The notes under the pieces: model-generated
Told to the model about the DNA's origin: nothing
Seen by the model: only the letters and a program-made list of their open reading frames with translations
Database searches by the model: none
Origin: an uncultured Thermoleophilia bacterium
Lineage (GTDB): Bacteria > Actinomycetota > Thermoleophilia > Solirubrobacterales > 70-9
NCBI GenBank assembly: GCA_963824245.1
Contig: CAWGON010000002.1
Coordinates: forward strand, 1,436,887-1,500,886
Direction: 5' to 3'
DNA: 64,000 nucleotides
Made by a program: the position numbers and the translations under genes
Shown: one piece after another, positions 9,255 through 18,809 of the stretch
How the letters are laid out: each line of letters starts with the position of its first letter
Position numbering within the stretch: the stretch's first letter is position 1

Positions 9255-10920
9255 GCTGGCGATCCGCCGCGGCGCCGCTCCCGCGCTCGCCGTCGAGGGG
9301 CTCACCTACGCCTATCCGCGAGGCCACCGGCCCGGCGCTCTCCGGCGTCTCCCTCGAGGTCGCCGCCGGGGGAGTTCGTCCTGCTCGCCGGCCGCTCGGC
9401 CTCGGGCAAGTCGACGCTGCTGAAGCGCGGCCTGCGGCCTGGTTCCGCACTTCCACGGCGGCGAGATCGAGGGGACGGTCGCGGTGGCCGGGATCGACGC
9501 GATCGCCGCCGGCCCGGGCGAGCTGCCGGCCGCGGTCGGCTACGTCGCCCAGGACCCGGAGACCCAGGTCGTCTCGACCACCGTCGCGGCGGAGATCGAG
9601 CTGCCGCTGGAGATGCGCGGCGACGCCGCCGGCCGACCGCGCCCGGGCGGTCGAGGAGGTGGCGCTGGCGCTGGCGATCCCGCACCTGCTGGGCCGCACC
9701 GTCGACACCCTCTCCGGCGGCGAGCTGCAGCGGGTGGCGCTGGCGGCGGCGCTGGTGACCCGGCCCGCGGCTGGTGCTGCTCGACGAGCCGACCTCGCAG
9801 CTCGACCCGGTCGCCGGCGACGAGCTGATCTGGCTGCTGCGGCGGCTCAACGAGGAGTGGGGGGTGGCCGTCCTGCTCGCCGAACACCGGCTCGAGCGCT
9901 GTCTCGCCGCCGCCGACCGGGTGGTCGCGATGGTCGCGGCGGGCGGATCGCCTTCGACGGCGCCCCGCGCGAGTTCCTCGCCTGGTCCCAGCGCGCCGAC
10001 CCGGCCCTGAGACGCCCGGCCGCGCGCCTCTTCTCCCTGGCCGGGATCACGCCGCTGCCGGTCGGCGTCCGCGCCGCGCGCCGCAAGGCGCTCGAGGAGC
10101 GGGCCCGGCCACCGCTGTCCCCCACCCGGGGAAGGGTCCGGGGCGGCGAAGTCTCCCCGCCCGCTCCGCCCCGCAAGCGCAACGCCGCGTCGACGCCGCG
10201 AAGGGCCTCTGGGTCGAGCTCGAGCGGCGACGAGCGGCCCCACGACGTCCTCCGCGGCATCGACCTCGAGATCCGCCGCGGCGAACGGGTCGCCCTGATG
10301 GGCCGCAACGGCGCCGGCAAGAGCACCCTGCTGCGCGCCGCCGCCGGGCTCGTCGACCCGGCCGCCGGCAGGATCGAGGCCGCCGAGCGGGATCGCGCTG
10401 CTGACCCAGAACCCGAGCGACTACCTGGTCCGCGAGCGGGTCGGCGACGAGCTGCCGGGCGAGGCCGGGCGCGGCGGCGCTGCGCGCGGTCGGCCTCGAG
10501 CACGCGATCGACGCCGACCCGCGCGACCTCTCCGGCGGCGAGCGGCAGCGCCTCGCCCTGGCGATCGCCCTCGCCGGCCGCATCGAGGGCGAGCGGCTGC
10601 CCGGCCTCGTCGCCCTCGACGAGCCGACCCGCGGCATGGACCGCGGCCGCAAGGACGAGCTCGATCGCCCTCATCGGCCGCCTCGCCGGCGCGGGGCGCC
10701 GCGCGTCGTCATCGCCACCCACGACGTCGAGTTCGCCGCCGCGTTCGCCGACCGCGTCGTCCTGCTCGGCGACGGCGTGGTGATCGCCGACGGCGCCGCC
10801 GCCGAGGTCCTCTCCGGCGGCTGGTACTTCGCCACCGAGGTCGCCCGCGTCCTCGACCTGCCCGGCGTCGTCACCCCCGAGCAGGGCGCCGCCGCGCTCG
10901 CCGCCGAGGGGCCGGGATGA
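9247..10920 (+). CDS. Duplicated ABC ATPase (fused EcfA1-EcfA2 / CbiO-like); frame-interrupted
   Basis: Two ABC cassettes. The first has GEFVLLAGRSASGKSTLL, LSGGELQRVALAAAL and LLDEPTSQLD. The second has LMGRNGAGKSTLL, LSGGERQRLALA and ALDEPTRGMD. There are many frame breaks. Confidence 0.7.
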
Positions 10921-11500
10921 GCTGGCAGCTGGTCAGCTTCCTGATCCTCGGCGCCGTCCTGCTCGGCGGCTTCGCCTGGTACGAGCGCTCGCGGCCGCCG
11001 GCGCAGGTCGTCGCCCTGGTCGCCGCGCTGGCGGCGCTGGCGATCGCCGGCCGGATCGCCTTCGCCGCCTTCCCCAACGTCAAGCCGACCACCGACATCG
11101 TCATCTTCGCCGGCTACGCGCTCGGCCCGGCGCCGGGCTTCGCGGTCGGCGCCCTCGCCGCGCTGGTCTCCAACTTCTGGTTCGGGCAGGGACCGTGGAC
11201 CCCGTGGCAGATGGCGGGCTGGGGCCTCTGCGGGGTGCTCGGCGCGGCGCTGGCGCTCGGCGGTCGCAACGCCGGCCGCTTCAGCCTCGCCGCGGTCTGC
11301 GGACTTGGCGGCGTCGCTTTACGGCGCTCTGCTGAACTTCTCTCTGATGGCGACTTATGGAGGCGAGCTGTCGCTGGAGCGCTTCGGCGTGCTCTCGAGC
11401 GCGGGCGATCCCGTTCGACGTCGCCCACGCGGTCGGCAACGTCGCCCTGGCCCTGGTCGCCGGGCCGGCGATGGTGCGGATGCTCGCGCGCTTCCGCCGA
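10917..11500 (+). CDS. Putative ECF substrate-capture (S) component; frame-interrupted, 3' boundary approximate
   Basis: Hydrophobic multi-TM sequence: MSWQLVSFLILGAVLLGGFAWYE..., FPNVKPTTDIVIFAGYALGP, GPWTPWQMAGWGLCGVLG and IPFDVAHAVGNVALALVAGP. The ATGA overlap with ecfA is at 10917. Confidence 0.5.
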
Positions 11501-11559
11501 CCGCTTCGAATGGGAGCGGGGCGGAGGGGCCGCGCCGGAGCCGCCGCGACCGCCCGAGC

Positions 11560-12912
11560 CCCCGCCCCGGCGCCCGCGGCCCGCCCTGCGCGGCGCCGGC
11601 ATCGCCGCCCTGGTCGTCGTCTCGGTCGGGCTCGGCGCTGCTGGTGCCGGGACGCGCCGCGGCCGCCGGCGCCGACAGCGCCAAGCAGTGGCTGGTCTCG
11701 GTCCAGAACGAGGACGGCGGCTTCGGCAGCTCCCCCGAAGACCGGTCGGGGGTCGAGATGACCGCCTGGGCGATGCTGGGGCTGGAGGCCGCCGGCCGCA
11801 ACCCCCACGACGTCGCCCGCGGCGCCAACGACCCGGTCACTTTCCTGCGCGCCCATGTCGGTCAGCTGAGGAACCCCGGCGACCTCTCCCGCACGATCCT
11901 CGCCCTGCTCGGGGCCGGTGCCGACCCGCGCCAGTTCGGCGGCCGCGACCTGGTCGAGGAACTGCGCGGCTTCCGCTTCGACAACGGCTCCTACGAACGC
12001 TGGCCCAACTGGACCGCCTACGCGGTGATCGCCCTGCGGGCCGCCGACTCGGCGGGCGGCACGGAGAAGTCCCTGGAATGGCTGCGCAACGTCCAGAACG
12101 ACGACGGCGGCTGGGGCAACCAACCCGGCAGTCGCAGCGACGCCGAGGCGACCAGCTCGGTCCTGCAGGCGCTCTCGCCCGACTCGAAGGCCTCCGGCCG
12201 CGGGCTGAAGTACCTGCGCGACACCCAGCAGTCCAACGGCGGCTACCGGGTCGGCGGCAACGGCGCGATCAACACCCAGGCGACGGCCTGGGCGATCCAG
12301 GGGATCCTCGCCGCGGGCGGCGACCCCGGCTCCTTCGAGAAGGGCGGCTCGACCCCGTTCGACTACCTCGCCGCCAATCAGGCCGCCGACGGCCACTACC
12401 GCTACTCGAAGTCCAGCGACCAGACCCCGGTCTGGGTGACCGGCCAGGTCCTGGTCGCCGTCTCCCGCGACTACCTCCCGGTGGCCGCGCCGCCGCGCCA
12501 GAAGCAGAGCACGCCGCCGGCCTCCAGCACCGGCACGGCCGCGGCGCTGCCGCCCCTGCCCGCCGCGTCGGTCTCCCCGGCTCCGCAGCCGGAAGCCCCG
12601 CAGATCCCCTCCGGCTCGACCGGCGGCGTCCCGTCCGGCGGCGGCCCGCCCCCGTTGGGATCCGCCGCGCCCGGCGGCTCGACCGGCGCCCTCCCGCCGC
12701 AGGCGGGCCGCGACGAACCCGAGCCCTCGACCGCCGAACCGGAGCCGGAGGTGAGCACCGCGGACAGCGAATTGGCGCAGTCCTCCAGCGACGAGGGCTC
12801 CGAGGCCAGCGTCGGCGGCTCGATCGCCGCCGGGCTGCTCGCCGGCGCCGTCCTCTTCGGCCTCGGCCTGCTCGCCCGCAAGGGTTGGATGCGCTGGCGC
12901 TACGGTCTATAG
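11560..12912 (+). CDS. Prenyltransferase/squalene-cyclase-repeat (alpha/alpha toroid) protein with a Pro-rich linker and C-terminal TM anchor; 5' boundary approximate
   Basis: Four repeats: QWLVSVQNEDGGFG, EWLRNVQNDDGGWG, KYLRDTQQSNGGYR and DYLAANQAADGHYRY. The C-terminus reads ...GGSIAAGLLAGAVLFGLGLLARKGW. It may be fused to the S component, because no stop separates them once frames are corrected. Confidence 0.6.
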   Translation, partial: PRPGARGPPCAAPASPPWSSSRSGSALLVPGRAAAAGADSAKQWLVSVQNEDGGFGSSPEDRSGVEMTAWAMLGLEAAGRNPHDVARGANDPVTFLRAHVGQLRNPGDLSRTILALLGAGADPRQFGGRDLVEELRGFRFDNGSYERWPNWTAYAVIALRAADSAGGTEKSLEWLRNVQNDDGGWGNQPGSRSDAEATSSVLQALSPDSKASGRGLKYLRDTQQSNGGYRVGGNGAINTQATAWAIQGILAAGGDPGSFEKGGSTPFDYLAANQAADGHYRYSKSSDQTPVWVTGQVLVAVSRDYLPVAAPPRQKQSTPPASSTGTAAALPPLPAASVSPAPQPEAPQIPSGSTGGVPSGGGPPPLGSAAPGGSTGALPPQAGRDEPEPSTAEPEPEVSTADSELAQSSSDEGSEASVGGSIAAGLLAGAVLFGLGLLARKGWMRWRYGL

Positions 12913-13422
12913 ATGGACGTCGAGACCGCGATCCGCACCCGCCGCACCCACAAGGCCTTCGCGCCGGAGCCGCTCGGCCCGGAGCTGCTCGGGGAGCTGC
13001 TCGAGCTCGCCGACTGGGCGCCCAACCACCACCTCACCGTCCCCTGGCGCTTTCGCGTCGTCGGCCCCGCCGCGCTGGCGCGGCTGAAGGAGGCGGCCGG
13101 GCCCGAGGGCGCCGCCAAGCTCGACCGCTGCCCGACCCTGGTCGTCGTCTCCTGCCGGCTCGGCGGCGATCCCATCCAGGACGAAGAGGACCTGCACGCG
13201 ACCGCGGTCGCCTCCTACATCGTCCTGCTCGCCGCCCACGCCCGCGGCCTCGCCGGCTACTGGCGGACCCCCGGGCTGCTGCGCTCCGAGCAGGGGCGGG
13301 CCGCCGTCGGCGTCGCCCCCGGGGAGCGAATCGTCGGCCTCCTGCACCTCGGCCACCCGCGCCAGGAGCGCCCGGTGCCGCCGCGACCGCGGACCGAACC
13401 GACCGTCCTCTTCCTCGATTAG
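12913..13422 (+). CDS. Nitroreductase-family protein
   Basis: Intact 169-aa ORF with AIRTRRTHKAF...APNHHLTVPWRF, which fits the nitroreductase fold signature. Confidence 0.7.
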   Translation: MDVETAIRTRRTHKAFAPEPLGPELLGELLELADWAPNHHLTVPWRFRVVGPAALARLKEAAGPEGAAKLDRCPTLVVVSCRLGGDPIQDEEDLHATAVASYIVLLAAHARGLAGYWRTPGLLRSEQGRAAVGVAPGERIVGLLHLGHPRQERPVPPRPRTEPTVLFLD

Positions 13423-13424
13423 GT
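13419..13424 (+). promoter_or_regulatory. -10-like TTAGGT, 6 nt upstream of the glpD ATG
   Basis: The sequence reads TTAGGT-gacctg-ATG(13431). Confidence 0.3.
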
Positions 13425-13430
13425 GACCTG

Positions 13431-15112
13431 ATGCTGACCCGCGGACGCGCAGCTCGAGGAGATCGCCGGCCAGCACTTCGAGGTGGTGGTGATCGGCGGC
13501 GGGATCACCGGCGCCGGGGTCGCCCTCGACGCCGCCTCGCGCGGCTACTCGGTGGCGCTGCTGGAGCGCGGCGACTACGCGGTCGGCACCTCCAGCCGCT
13601 CCTCGAAGATGGTCCACGGCGGCCTCCGCTACCTGCAGAACTTCGACCTCGGCCTGGTCCGCGAGGCGCTGCTGGAGCGCCAGCTGATGGTCCAGCTGGC
13701 GCCGCACCTGGTCTACCCGACGCCTTTCCTGGTCGCCGCCCTCGGCGAGGAGCGCCGCGACCGCAAGCTCGGGGTCGGGCCTGGACATGTACGACGTGAT
13801 GGCGACCACGCCGGGTCGGCCGCGTCCAGCCGCGAGCTGCGCGCCTCCAAGGACGAGGACGAGCAGTTCTCCTGGTCGCCGGACCGCCACCGCACGATCG
13901 ACCGCGAGGAGGTGCTGGAGCTGGTCCCGGCGCTGGCCCCCCGCGACCCCAAGGACGCCTACCTCTTCTACGACTGCCAGACCGACGACGTGCGGCTGGT
14001 CCTGACCGTGCTCGGCGAGGCCGAGCGCTTCGGCGCGGTCAGCCTCAACGGCGCCGACGTGGTCGAGGTGCTGACCAGGGACGGGCGCGCCAACGGCGTC
14101 GCCTTCGTCGAGGCCGACTCCGGCGAGCGGCTCGAGGTCGGCGCCGACCACGTCGTCAACGCGACCGGCGTCTGGGCCGACCAGATCCGCCCCGAGGTGG
14201 TCGAGGAGGAGGACGTGCCGCGGATCGCGCCCAGCCGCGGCACCCACCTGCTGCTCGACCAGGCCGACCTGCCGATGGGCAGCGCCGCCTGCATCGTCCC
14301 GGCCGGGGAAGGGCGGATGATCTTCTCGCTGCCCTGGTACGGGCGGACGCTGATCGGCACCACCGACAACGACTTCGACGGCGACATCACCCACCCGCGC
14401 CCCGGCGAGGACGACGTCGAGTACCTGCTGGACGCGGTCAACGAGTTCTTCGGCGACGCCGCTCGGCCGAGTCCGACCTGGTCGGCGCCTACGCCGGCGT
14501 GCGGCCGCTGATCTCCAGCGGCGACCCGCGCAAGTCGGTCGACATCTCGCGCAAGGCGGAGCTGTACGAGACCTCCTCGGGGATGCTGACGATCACCGGC
14601 GGCAAGCTCACGACCTGGCGGCGGATGGCGAAGCAGACCGTCGACCGCCTGGTCCTGCGCGAGGGCCGCGAGGCGCCCTGCCACACGGCCGAGATCCCGC
14701 TCGGGATGGAGGCCCGCCCGGGCGACCTCGAGGCGCCCGAGGGGGTGGGGGAGGAGGCGGTCGACCAGCTCGCCTTCCGCTACGGCCACGCCACGCGCCG
14801 CGTCCTCGACCTCGCCCGCGAGCGACCCGAAGCTGGCGCGCGCCGATCGTCCCCGGCCGTCCCGACCTGCTGGCCGAGGTGGTGCTCGCGGCTCGCCACG
14901 AGCAGGCCCGCAGCGTCGCCGACGTGCTGCTGCGGCGGACCCGGCTGGGGATCCTGGCGGCGCCGGAGCTGCGCAGCGCCGCCGCGGTGCGGCCGGTCGC
15001 CGAGCTGCTCGGGGCCGAGCTCGGCTGGGACGAGGCCCGGGTCGGGCGCGAGTCCGAGGCCTGGCTGGAGGCAGCGGCGGCGGAGGGAATCGACCCCGCA
15101 AAGAGCCGTTGA
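13431..15112 (+). CDS. glpD: FAD-dependent glycerol-3-phosphate dehydrogenase; frame-interrupted
   Basis: FEVVVIGGGITGAGVALDAASRG (FAD fold), SSRSSKMVHGGLRY, ...YDCQTDDVRLV..., GVRPLI and the C-terminal VADVLLRRTRLG. There are about 4 frame breaks. Confidence 0.8.
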
Positions 15113-15113
15113 A

Positions 15114-15119
15114 TAACCT
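15114..15119 (+). promoter_or_regulatory. -10-like TAACCT, 6 nt upstream of the ATG at 15126
   Basis: The sequence reads TAACCT-gcgccg-ATG. Confidence 0.3.
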
Positions 15120-15125
15120 GCGCCG

Positions 15126-16019
15126 ATGACCAAGGCCGAGCTGGAATCCAAGCACCTGTCCGACCTCCACGCCCTCGCCGCCGAGGCCGGCGTCGAGCGC
15201 TTCCGGATGCTGACCCGCAACGAGCTGATCGCGAAGCTGAGCGGCGGCAACGGCGGCGGTGGAGGCGGAGGTCGCCAGGCCCAGCCCGCCGGCGAGCGTG
15301 GCGAGCGCCCGGCACGCCGGCGCCGTCGCAGCCGCGGTGGTGGCGGCGGAGGCGGCGGGGGCGGTCGCGAGCGCACCGGCGGTGGCGAGAGCTCCGACGA
15401 AGTCTCCGGTCGCGGCGACGACCTCCGCAAGGAGGCCCTGGGGCAGGAGGGCCAGCGCGAGCCCGCCGCCCCGACTCCGACTCCGACCCCGGCCCCGACC
15501 CCCGCGACCCCGGCCGCGGGGTCCGAGCGCCCGCGTCGCCGCCGTCGCCGCCGCTTCGGCCGCCGTGGCAAGGAGGGTGTGACGATCCAGGACCTGCTGC
15601 TGCCGCCCGAGGCCGGGCGCCAGGCGATCCTCTGCGCCGAGACCCGCGAGGGCTGCACCGAGCTGCTGCGCGGCGTCGCCGCCGACCTCGCGGCCGACTC
15701 CAAGGGTCCCGACCCGGTGGTCCTGCTGATCGACCCCAGCCCCGAGGAGCTGGCCGACTGGAAGCGCGAGGCGCCGCAGGCGGAGATCGTCGCCGCCGGC
15801 CAGGCCCGCCACGCCACCGACGCCCTCGCCCAGGCCGGCGAACCGCGCCGGCGAGCGGCGAAGACGTGATCCTCCTGGTCGACTCGCTGACCCGCCTCGC
15901 CGAGCGACTTCGGCGACACCGACACCGCCAAGGAGCTCTTCGACGCCGGCCGCGCCCAAGGCCCCGCCGGAGGCGGCTCGCTGACCGTCGTCGCCGCCCT
16001 AGAGCGCCCCGCCAACTAG
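15126..16019 (+). CDS. Rho_N-domain protein with an R/G-rich linker and a Rho ATPase-core remnant lacking the P-loop; frame-interrupted near 15865 and 15905
   Basis: MTKAELESKHLSDLHALAAEAGVERFRMLTRNELIAKL matches Rho_N. The sequences VVLLIDPSPEELADW, DVILLVDSLTRLAE and GGGSLTVVAALE parallel Rho LLIDERPEEV, DVVILLDSITRLAR and EGGSLTIIATAL. The Walker A position reads AETREGCT. Confidence 0.5.
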
Positions 16020-16029
16020 CCGCTCTCCC

Positions 16030-16224
16030 GAGCTGCGCCGCATCGCCTACCGGCGTTCCGGCCTCAGGGGAGGTCCGGGGGTGGGGCTGAAGCGTCTTGT
16101 GGCTTTTCGCGGGGCTCGCCCGCCGCAAGGCCGGGACTCGATCCTCGAAAAGACTAAGCGGAAGCCCCACCCCCGGGCCTCCCGTGGCTCCGCCTACCGC
16201 CGGTAGGCGATGCGGCGCCAGCTC
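16030..16224. repeat. 195-bp element made of long imperfect inverted repeats, between convergent genes
   Basis: gagctgcgccgcatcgcctaccggcg (16030-16055) pairs with cgccggtaggcgatgcggcgccagctc (16198-16224). The arms continue inward: ggaggtccgggggtggggct pairs with agccccacccccgggcctcc. The right arm overlaps the 3' end of the minus-strand gene. Confidence 0.6.
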
Positions 16225-16677
16225 GGCTCTTTGGAGAGCTCGATCAGCTCGTCGGCTGCGGTCCGGCTGGACGTAGCCGAAGGTCTGGGTGCGCTCGTCG
16301 AAGACGACGTCGAGCTCGCCCTCCTTGACCCGCTGGTCGAGCCAGGCGCCGCGGAAGACGAGGCGGCGGATCCAGTGGACGAGGCTGCGGTTGGAGGGAC
16401 CGACCAGGTCCTCCCAGTTCTCGTTGATGTGCTCGCCGAGGGGGGAGCTGGGCTCGGCGATCTCGCCGCTGACGGCGAGGTCGAGGAGGTCGTCGAGCTC
16501 CTCCTGGCTGAGCCCCTGGTCGACGAAGGCGAGCTTCACCGCGGCCTGCTCGACCCGCTGGCCGAAGTCCTCCTCGTTGAAGGCGAAGCGGAGCTCCCCG
16601 TACTCGAGCACGTAGTCGGAGCCAGACTCGTAGTTCCCTCTGCGGGTCGTTTTCTTTTCCATGAAGTTGAAGCCCAT
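16194..16677 (-). CDS. Acidic hypothetical protein; one frame break near the 3' end
   Basis: MGFNFMEKKTTRRGNYESGSDYVLEYGELRFAFNEEDF...HWIRRLVFRGAWLDQRVKEGELDVVFDE. The frame-corrected C-terminus is ...ELIELSKEPSWRRIAYRR*. I recognise no family. Confidence 0.45.
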
Positions 16678-16853
16678 CTGCCTTCGCGGAGCCCGGCGTC
16701 AGCAGGTGCATGATCTTGCCGATCATCGTAGTCCCGTGCCTGCTCGGGACAGGTCGCTGAACGCGGGGTTGCACCCGTGACGGGCTTTCGGGAGGGCGCC
16801 GGTTCGCCCGGCAGCCCGGGGGAGAGGATCGCCACGCCGGCCCTTTGCCGGGG

Positions 16854-17194
16854 ATGGAGGAGCGAGGACTGGCGAGGCGACTGGCGCGGCTGCCCCGGCA
16901 GCTGGCGCTCGGGCGCGAGGTCCCGGTCGCCGCCGGCCTCCGCGCCCGCCTGCTCGGGCTGGCCGGCCTCGACGCGCGAGGAGGCCGGCGCCGGGCTGCT
17001 GATCCCGCGCTGCGCCGCGCGTCCACACCTTCGGCATGCGCTTCGCGCTCGACCTCTACTTCCTCGACCGCGAAGGGGCGACGCTGGCGGTCCGGCGCGG
17101 GGTGCCGCCGCGCCGCTTCGTCGCCCACCGCGGCGCCGCCGCGGTGCTCGAGATCCCGCCGGCGGGGGGAGAGTTCGCCGCGCCCCGCCCTTAG
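16854..17194 (+). CDS. DUF192-family protein; frame-interrupted
   Basis: The sequence ...GLLIPRCA / VHTFGMRFALDLYFLDREGATLAVRRGVPPRRFV...AAAVLEIPPAGG matches the DUF192 pattern. Confidence 0.5.
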
Positions 17195-17202
17195 GCCCGT
17201 CG

Positions 17203-17922
17203 ATGCTGCCCCGGAGAGAAGAGATCGCCAGCGTCGTCGTCTGCGAGGACGACGACGTCACCCTCGACCTGCTCTGCGATCACCTCGCCGCCGACCGCTT
17301 CGGGGTCCTGCCCGGCGCCGAGCGCCTCCGACGCGCTGCGCCTCTGCCGCTACAACCAGCCCGACCTGCTGCTGCTCGACCTCTCGCTGCCCGACGCCTC
17401 CGGCCTCGACGTCCTGCGCGAGATCCGCGAGGCCGACGGGGTCGAGTCGCGCTTCGACCCGCGCCTGCCGGTGATCGTCCTGACCGGCCGCGGCGCCGAC
17501 GACCGACCGCGTCCGCGGCCTCGACTCCGGCGCCGACGACTACGTCGCCGAAGCCGTTCTCGATACGCGGAGCTGCGGGCGCGGATCGGCGCCGTCCTGC
17601 GCCGCCGCGCACAGCCGCCGCGAGGGCCCGAGCCGGGTCGGCGAGCTGATCGTCGACCCGATCCGCCGCCGGGTCACGGTCGGCGGCCGCGAGGTCGCCC
17701 TGGCGAAGAAGGAGTTCACCCTGCTGCGCGTCCTCGCCACCGACCCGACCCGGGTCTTCACCAAGGAGGAGCTGCTGCGCGACGTCTGGGGCTTCAGGGC
17801 GCCCGAGCAAGACGCGGACCCTGGACTCCCACGCCAGCCGGCTGCGCCGCAAACTCGACCCCGAGCACGGCCGCTACGTGGTCAACTGCTGGGGGATCGG
17901 CTACCGGCTGATCGACGGCTGA
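17203..17922 (+). CDS. OmpR-family response regulator; frame-interrupted
   Basis: The receiver domain has VVVCEDDDVTLDLL, PDLLLLDLSLPDASGLDVLREIR and VIVLTGRG. The winged helix has ELIVDPIRRRVTVGGREVALAKKEFTLLRVLA and TLDSHASRLRRKL...GIGYRL. Confidence 0.75.
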
Positions 17923-17946
17923 GGGTCCTGCCGGGTCCTGAAACGA

Positions 17947-17983
17947 CGACGCCCCCGGGCGATCGCTCGCGTCGGGGGCGTCG
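17947..17983. terminator. Bidirectional hairpin terminator between the response regulator (+) and the ArsR-family gene (-)
   Basis: cgacgcccccg - 15 nt - cgggggcgtcg (11-bp stem). On the minus strand it is followed by tcgttt. Confidence 0.5.
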
Positions 17984-18009
17984 GAAGCTCGGCGGCCGGG
18001 GTTGGCGGG

Positions 18010-18604
18010 CTACTTGGCTGCTTCGCCTCCGGCACCTCGAAGTGGAGGATCGCCGAGCTGGTCGGGATGCCGTCGGCGTTGTCCTTGGCGAGGCGGCTGG
18101 CCGACTCCTCCTGGATCTCGCATCGCCCGCTTCGAGCGTCTCCGCGAGCAGCTTGGTGAGCTCGCTCCAGCCCTGCTCGTCGAGGACCAGCGGGGTGCGG
18201 CAGATGTGGGAGTCGGTGCGCGAGTCGATCGTGCCCTCGATCATCGCCGCGGTCGCGTCCTGGCCGATCGCCTCGAGGATCACGCCGTCGATGCCCTTGC
18301 GGGCCGAGGCCGGGATCTTCGCCCAGTCGGCGTCGCTGAAGAAGGCGCGCTCGGTGGCCCGGTAGAAGTGCTCGACGGCACCGCGGCGGGGCTCGGTTTT
18401 GACCAGTTCGACGCAGTCGTATTCGAGCAGCGTTTTGACGTGGTAGCTGACGTTGCCGAGCGGCTCGCCGAGTTCCTGCGAGAGCTGGTTAGGGCTCGAG
18501 ATGCCCTTGTGCAGAGAGGTGAGGATGCGCACGCGCAGCGGGTGGGCAAGCGCCTTCGCGAGCTGCTGGGTGATGCCCTCGGGGGAGGTTCGGGTCTGAG
18601 CCAA
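18010..18604 (-). CDS. ArsR-family winged-helix transcriptional regulator; one frame break near 18110
   Basis: The TTG at 18604 follows GGAGG. LAKALAHPLRVRILTSLHKGISSPNQLSQELGEPLGNVSYHVKTLLEYDCVELV is a typical ArsR HTH. Confidence 0.7.
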
Positions 18605-18809
18605 GGGGGAGGCCTCCGTTCGAGAATTGGTGGGATGCCGGGCGGCGGGGGCGCCCTGTCTAATCCCGGCTTTCACATCAAGTATTCCAAAATGCGCAGT
18701 GGATTACCCCGCTAAGCGTCCTTTTCAAGCGAAATCCACAGAGCGGGTTATAGGCCCGCCACCGGTCGGAGCGGCGACCCGGAACCCGATTGGAGGCTCG
18801 CGGGGTCCT

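Noticed and set aside
12913-13422. BluB (5,6-dimethylbenzimidazole synthase) assignment for the nitroreductase next to the B12 locus
   Set aside because: It belongs to the nitroreductase fold, but at 169 aa it is clearly shorter than BluB proteins. I see no BluB-specific features. Its adjacency to the B12 locus may be coincidental.
10917-13799. 960-aa ORF starting at the S-component ATG
   Set aside because: After about 130 codons it leaves the real frame and reads Arg/Pro-rich nonsense across the toroid, nitroreductase and glpD genes, all of which are recognisable in other frames.
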